Shown here piece by piece: positions 1 to 1,826 of a stretch of DNA of 1,826 nucleotides (its first letter is position 1; each line of letters starts with the position of its first letter). This DNA is from Naegleria gruberi. Its lineage: Eukaryota. Both the position numbers and the translations under genes were made by a program. The stretch lies in NCBI GenBank assembly GCA_000004985.1, contig GG739323.1; one strand, given 5' to 3'. The notes under the pieces are model-generated. The model had not been told where the DNA came from and searched no databases. It saw only the letters and a program-made list of their open reading frames with translations.

Positions 1-589
1 TAAATCTTGGTGCATGGAATATTTCCTCCAGAAACGATAGCTTGCATTGAAATCAAAGCAAAATCGACAACTGCCTGATCGAATAGAGTTTCAGATGGAT
101 CATTACGAATTCTCATAAATCTCTTGACACCTTTTTGAGGATTTTTAGCTAATTTTTGTAAACGTTCTTCCAATGGAACAATATTAATAACTTTTCCATT
201 TAAAACTTCAGCAATTTCCAAACTTTGAATAAGTAAACGTTCGTATGGAATCATAAATCTATTGAAAGTAAATTTGAATTGGTCAATTACATCCAAATCT
301 CTAATCTTACTCATTTCATTGTAAAGATATGAAAGATCAGAACTTTCAGATAAGAATGACTCGCTCTCCATCACTGCAACATGAACTTTTCTATCTGCGT
401 CTGTACCATTCACTTGAGAATACCACTTTTTCAATCTAGGATCAGCCATCATTCCAATCTTTACAGTCATCAAAGTAATATTCGATACAGTTGGAGAATT
501 TGAAAGGGATTCCATCAGCTCTACATTCGGACGAATATGGCCTGGAAATGGTAATGACAATATCAAAATATTCTTCTCATCACAATAAG
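1..589 (-). CDS. Exon 2, 3'-partial and continuing left of the window, of a secreted or membrane UDP-glycosyltransferase (UGT/GT1 family, N-terminal substrate-binding domain)
   Basis: Minus-strand frame with codons at 5-3, 8-6 and so on is open for the whole span 3..599, with no TTA/CTA/TCA in that plus frame. The translation reads AYCDEKNILILSLPFPGHIRPNVELMESLSNSPTVSNITLMTVKIGMMADPRLKKWYSQVNGTDADRKVHVAVMESESFLSESSDLSYLYNEMSKIRDLDVIDQFKFTFNRFMIPYERLLIQSLEIAEVLNGKVINIVPLEERLQKLAKNPQKGVKRFMRIRNDPSETLFDQAVVDFALISMQAIVSGGNIPCTKI. The segments 'ILILSLPFPGH' and 'FDQAVVD...NIP' resemble conserved UGT N-domain motifs (compare 'ILVYSP..SH' and 'FDVLLAD...NIP'), recalled from memory rather than searched. 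Codon usage (AGA/CGT, GGA, CCA) fits nematode coding sequence. Confidence 0.7.
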
Positions 590-643
590 CTAATTTAATT
601 TAATTAATTTAATTAATTAATATTTAAATAAAATTTATCGTAC
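590..643 (-). other. 54-nt intron, minus strand, GT..AG, consisting of an A/T-rich (TTAAT)n-like tract
   Basis: Minus-strand donor 'caag|gtacgataaatttt' at 644|643 and acceptor 'aaattag|CTTATTGTG' at 590|589. The length of 54 nt is typical of short nematode introns. In the unspliced frame the interval contains a minus-strand in-frame stop (602-600), which is consistent with an intron. Confidence 0.5.
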
Positions 644-740
644 CTTGATGAGAGGAGAATAAAATAGTAGTAACAAGGATGAATAGAATGCAAAATATTA
701 AAGGATTGCTGCTTCGGAAGAGGAAACGATGATTCATCAT
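644..740 (-). CDS. Exon 1 of the same gene: start codon plus N-terminal signal peptide/TM (MMNHRFLFRSSNPLIFCILFILVTTILFSSHQ)
   Basis: ATG at 740-738, with a second at 737-735. It is the first ATG after an in-frame TAA at 773-771. The exon is 97 nt (32 codons plus 1 nt) and ends at a donor AAG|GTACGA. Splicing to 589 restores exactly the frame of the long downstream ORF (G+CT gives Ala). It encodes a hydrophobic stretch typical of a signal peptide, as expected for ER-lumenal UGTs. Confidence 0.55.
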
Positions 741-1002
741 TATCTTTGCTCGAGTTATTGTTGGATTTTTTTACTTATTTCATATGTCTAGTAGGAACGC
801 ACATTTTTTTTTGAGGTTGAAACACTTGCCGTAGTATTACCATTTGTGGCTGTTGTACGCAGTCAATCAAAATATTAGCAACCAAAAGATTTGAATATCG
901 TCTCAATTTGTCGAGACTGAATATAAAGACGTCCTTTGAATTAAGGCAAATGATAATAAGGAAATTGACCTTGCCTACTGAAAGTGTTTTTGAAAAATAC
1001 TG

Positions 1003-1033
1003 TGTAGGGACCATGGTCTAGTGGTAGAAACAC
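1003..1033 (+). pseudogene. tRNA-like 5'-half fragment (D-arm resembling tRNA-Glu: ccATGGTCTAGTGGtAG); not a complete tRNA
   Basis: The 12-15-mer 'atggtctagtggtag' matches the conserved D-stem/loop of eukaryotic tRNA-Glu from memory. No anticodon arm, T-arm (GGTTCGA) or acceptor pairing follows. The sequence runs straight into array A instead. Confidence 0.3.
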
Positions 1034-1141
1034 TTTCTCAATGAAACACGTTTACAATGAATCCCTTTTGTAACAGATCCCTTCTGTAATGAATCCCTTC
1101 TTTAACGGATCCCTTTTGCAATGAAATCCATTACCAAAAAA
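1026..1141 (+). repeat. Minisatellite array A: about 7 tandem 16-bp units (tgaatcccttttgtaa / cagatcccttctgtaa / tgaatcccttctttaa / cggatcccttttgcaa, plus degenerate flanking units) followed by an A-run
   Basis: Direct reading gives units at 1026, 1042, 1058, 1074, 1090, 1106 and 1122. The core is GRATCCCTTYT. The array ends in ccaaaaaaag. Confidence 0.9.
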
Positions 1142-1169
1142 AGAAATGTATAAAAATAGAATAAAATTT

Positions 1170-1291
1170 GAAACTATCACATCCATAATGAATCCATTCT
1201 TCAATGAATCCCTTTCAGAACGGATCCCTTTTGCAATGAATCACTTCTTCAATGAATCCCTTCCTCACAAATCCCTTTCTCAAAAAAAAAT
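1170..1291 (+). repeat. Minisatellite array B: leader 'gaaactatcacatccataa', then about 6 units of 16 bp (tgaatccattcttcaa, tgaatccctttcagaa, cggatcccttttgcaa, tgaatcacttcttcaa, tgaatcccttcctcac, aaatccctttctcaa), then A9
   Basis: Same repeat family and same orientation as array A. Units start at 1189, 1205, 1221, 1237, 1253 and 1269. Confidence 0.9.
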
Positions 1292-1310
1292 GTAAAATTA
1301 GAAGGGATTT
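1269..1310. other. Hairpin or inverted repeat: the repeat core 'aaatccctt' at 1269-1277 pairs with 'aagggattt' at 1302-1310, a 9-bp perfect stem with a 24-nt A-rich loop
   Basis: The reverse complement of 1302-1310 equals 1269-1277. This is an inverted partial copy of the minisatellite unit just past the A9 run. Confidence 0.4.
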
Positions 1311-1700
1311 AATTGAATATTATCTATTTCCTTTTTTTAGAAAATTTACAATTATTAAAAATATTCAAGAGAGATAGAATAATTTATTGTAAATAGAAAA
1401 ATAACATTTTAATAATATGAACAATTACATTTTTTAAAATTAGAATGAGATTAAATTTTAAAAGAAAATGAATCAAAATTACAAACCATCAAAAAGTGTT
1501 GATTATGCACATTACTGTCATAATAGAAAATGTGAAATCAATCAATTTACAGAAAATAATCAAACATCAAATAACAATAAAAAAACTTGATTTTTAATTT
1601 TCAAAATTATATATTTTTATTAATTTCAAATTAGAGACTACCCCTTCCGCAATTTTTTTTAATACAAATAGATCAAATTTCAATTAAATATTCGAAAGTA
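1311..1700. other. About 390-bp ORF-free A/T-rich spacer (over 80% A+T) between arrays B and C, with a single GC island 'gagactaccccttccgc' at 1634-1650
   Basis: No open frame longer than a few codons on any strand. It has the composition typical of nematode intergenic or intronic DNA. Confidence 0.6.
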
Positions 1701-1812
1701 ACTAACACATTCTCAATGAATCCCTTTTGTAACGGATCCCTTCTTCACGGATCCCTTCCTCATGGATCCCTTCCTCACGGATCCCTTCTTCAATAAATCC
1801 CTTTCATAAAAA
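1701..1812 (+). repeat. Minisatellite array C: leader 'aactaacacattctcaa', one 16-bp unit, then a 15-bp periodicity (cggatcccttcttcac, ggatcccttcctcat, ggatcccttcctcac, ggatcccttcttcaa, taaatccctttcata), then an A-rich tail
   Basis: The leader plus first unit is nearly identical to the start of array A (aacacWttctcaatgaatcccttttgtaacRgatccctt). There are four GGATCC (BamHI) sites within 50 bp. Confidence 0.9.
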
Positions 1813-1826
1813 TTAGTGGTATGATT
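1812..1826 (+). other. Second tRNA D-loop-like fragment (tTAGTGGTATGATT, resembling the tRNA-Pro/Gly D-arm) at the window edge
   Basis: A 13-mer resembles 'CTAGTGGTATGATTC' of eukaryotic tRNA-Pro. The preceding bases (ataaaaat) cannot form an acceptor stem. The fragment is truncated by the window end. Confidence 0.2.

Noticed and set aside
503-513. Reverse-complement copy of the repeat core (aagggattcc = rc of ggaatccctt) inside coding exon 2
   Set aside because: It is an isolated 10-mer embedded in an intact open reading frame. This is most likely a chance match given the many unit variants and the A/T-rich composition.
600-640. (TTAAT)n-like low-complexity tract 'ttaattaatttaattaattaatatttaaataaaat' as a separate microsatellite feature
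   Set aside because: It lies entirely within the predicted 54-nt intron, and A/T-rich simple sequence is normal for nematode introns. It is recorded as part of the intron, not as an independent element.
775-1014. The only ORF in the supplied track (79 aa, minus strand: MVPTQYFSKTLSVGKVNFLIIICLNSKDVFIFSLDKLRRYSNLLVANILIDCVQQPQMVILRQVFQPQKKMCVPTRHMK)
   Set aside because: It lies in the A/T-rich 5' flank of the UGT gene. It starts inside the tRNA-like fragment and has low-complexity hydrophobic composition. It is in a different frame from exon 1 and resembles no protein family I recognise. An ORF of this length is expected by chance in such sequence.
1008-1022. Helitron 3' terminus (CTAG followed by T, with the upstream palindrome ccatgg)
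   Set aside because: The palindrome is only 6 bp, whereas Helitron 3' hairpins are GC-rich stems of about 8-12 bp. There is no matching 5' 'TC' terminus in the window.
1003-1080. A complete tRNA gene starting at the tRNA-like D-arm
   Set aside because: After the D-arm match there is no anticodon stem-loop, no T-arm (GGTTCGANTCC), and no acceptor-stem complementarity. The sequence becomes the 16-bp tandem repeat instead.
1323-1340. Plus-strand 'ctatttcctttttttag|aaa' resembling a nematode 3' splice acceptor
   Set aside because: All three downstream plus-strand frames hit stop codons within 6-16 codons, so no exon follows.
1296-1700. piRNA (21U-RNA) locus with upstream CTGTTTCA Ruby motifs in the A/T-rich spacer
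   Set aside because: No CTGTTTCA or close variant (or its reverse complement TGAAACAG) is present. Only generic 'atttca' strings occur.
1026-1812. Minisatellite arrays as coding repeats, or as a CRISPR-like / prokaryotic defence array
   Set aside because: The units are contiguous 15-16-bp tandem copies without unique spacers, which is not CRISPR geometry. The 16-bp periodicity breaks the reading frame in arrays A and B. Codon usage, intron and composition indicate a eukaryotic nuclear context. There is nothing supporting a prokaryotic system.

Overview
This window looks like AT-rich nuclear DNA from a eukaryote, most likely a Caenorhabditis-like nematode. The inference rests on Arg codons AGA/CGT, Gly GGA, Pro CCA, a 54-nt intron, and long A/T intergenic runs. 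It contains two things. (1) The 5' end of a minus-strand protein-coding gene that the ORF track missed because it is split by a short intron and runs off the left edge. Exon 1 (740..644) encodes an N-terminal signal peptide, MMNHRFLFRSSNPLIFCILFILVTTILFSSHQ. A 54-nt intron (643..590, GT..AG) follows. Exon 2 (589..<1) is one continuous open frame of about 196 codons. Its motifs (KNILILSLPFPGHI ... SETLFDQAVVDFALISMQAIVSGGNIP) match the N-terminal domain of UDP-glucuronosyl/glucosyltransferases (GT1/UGT family). (2) In the region upstream of that gene (coordinates 1003-1826) there are three paralogous copies of a composite repeat unit. Each copy has a short 'aac..cac.ttctcaa' leader, 5-7 tandem copies of a 15/16-bp minisatellite (consensus YGRATCCCTTYYTYAA, often with a BamHI site GGATCC), an A-run, and a 'tgtaWaaaWtag' motif. 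The copies lie at about 1026-1141, 1170-1300 and 1701-1812. Copies 2 and 3 are separated by a roughly 400-bp ORF-free A/T spacer. Two short tRNA-like 5'-half fragments abut the arrays: a tRNA-Glu-like D-arm at 1008-1030 and 'ttagtggtatgatt' at the window end. I see no evidence of a prokaryotic-style system, and there is no convincing second gene. The only ORF in the supplied track (775..1014, minus) is probably spurious.
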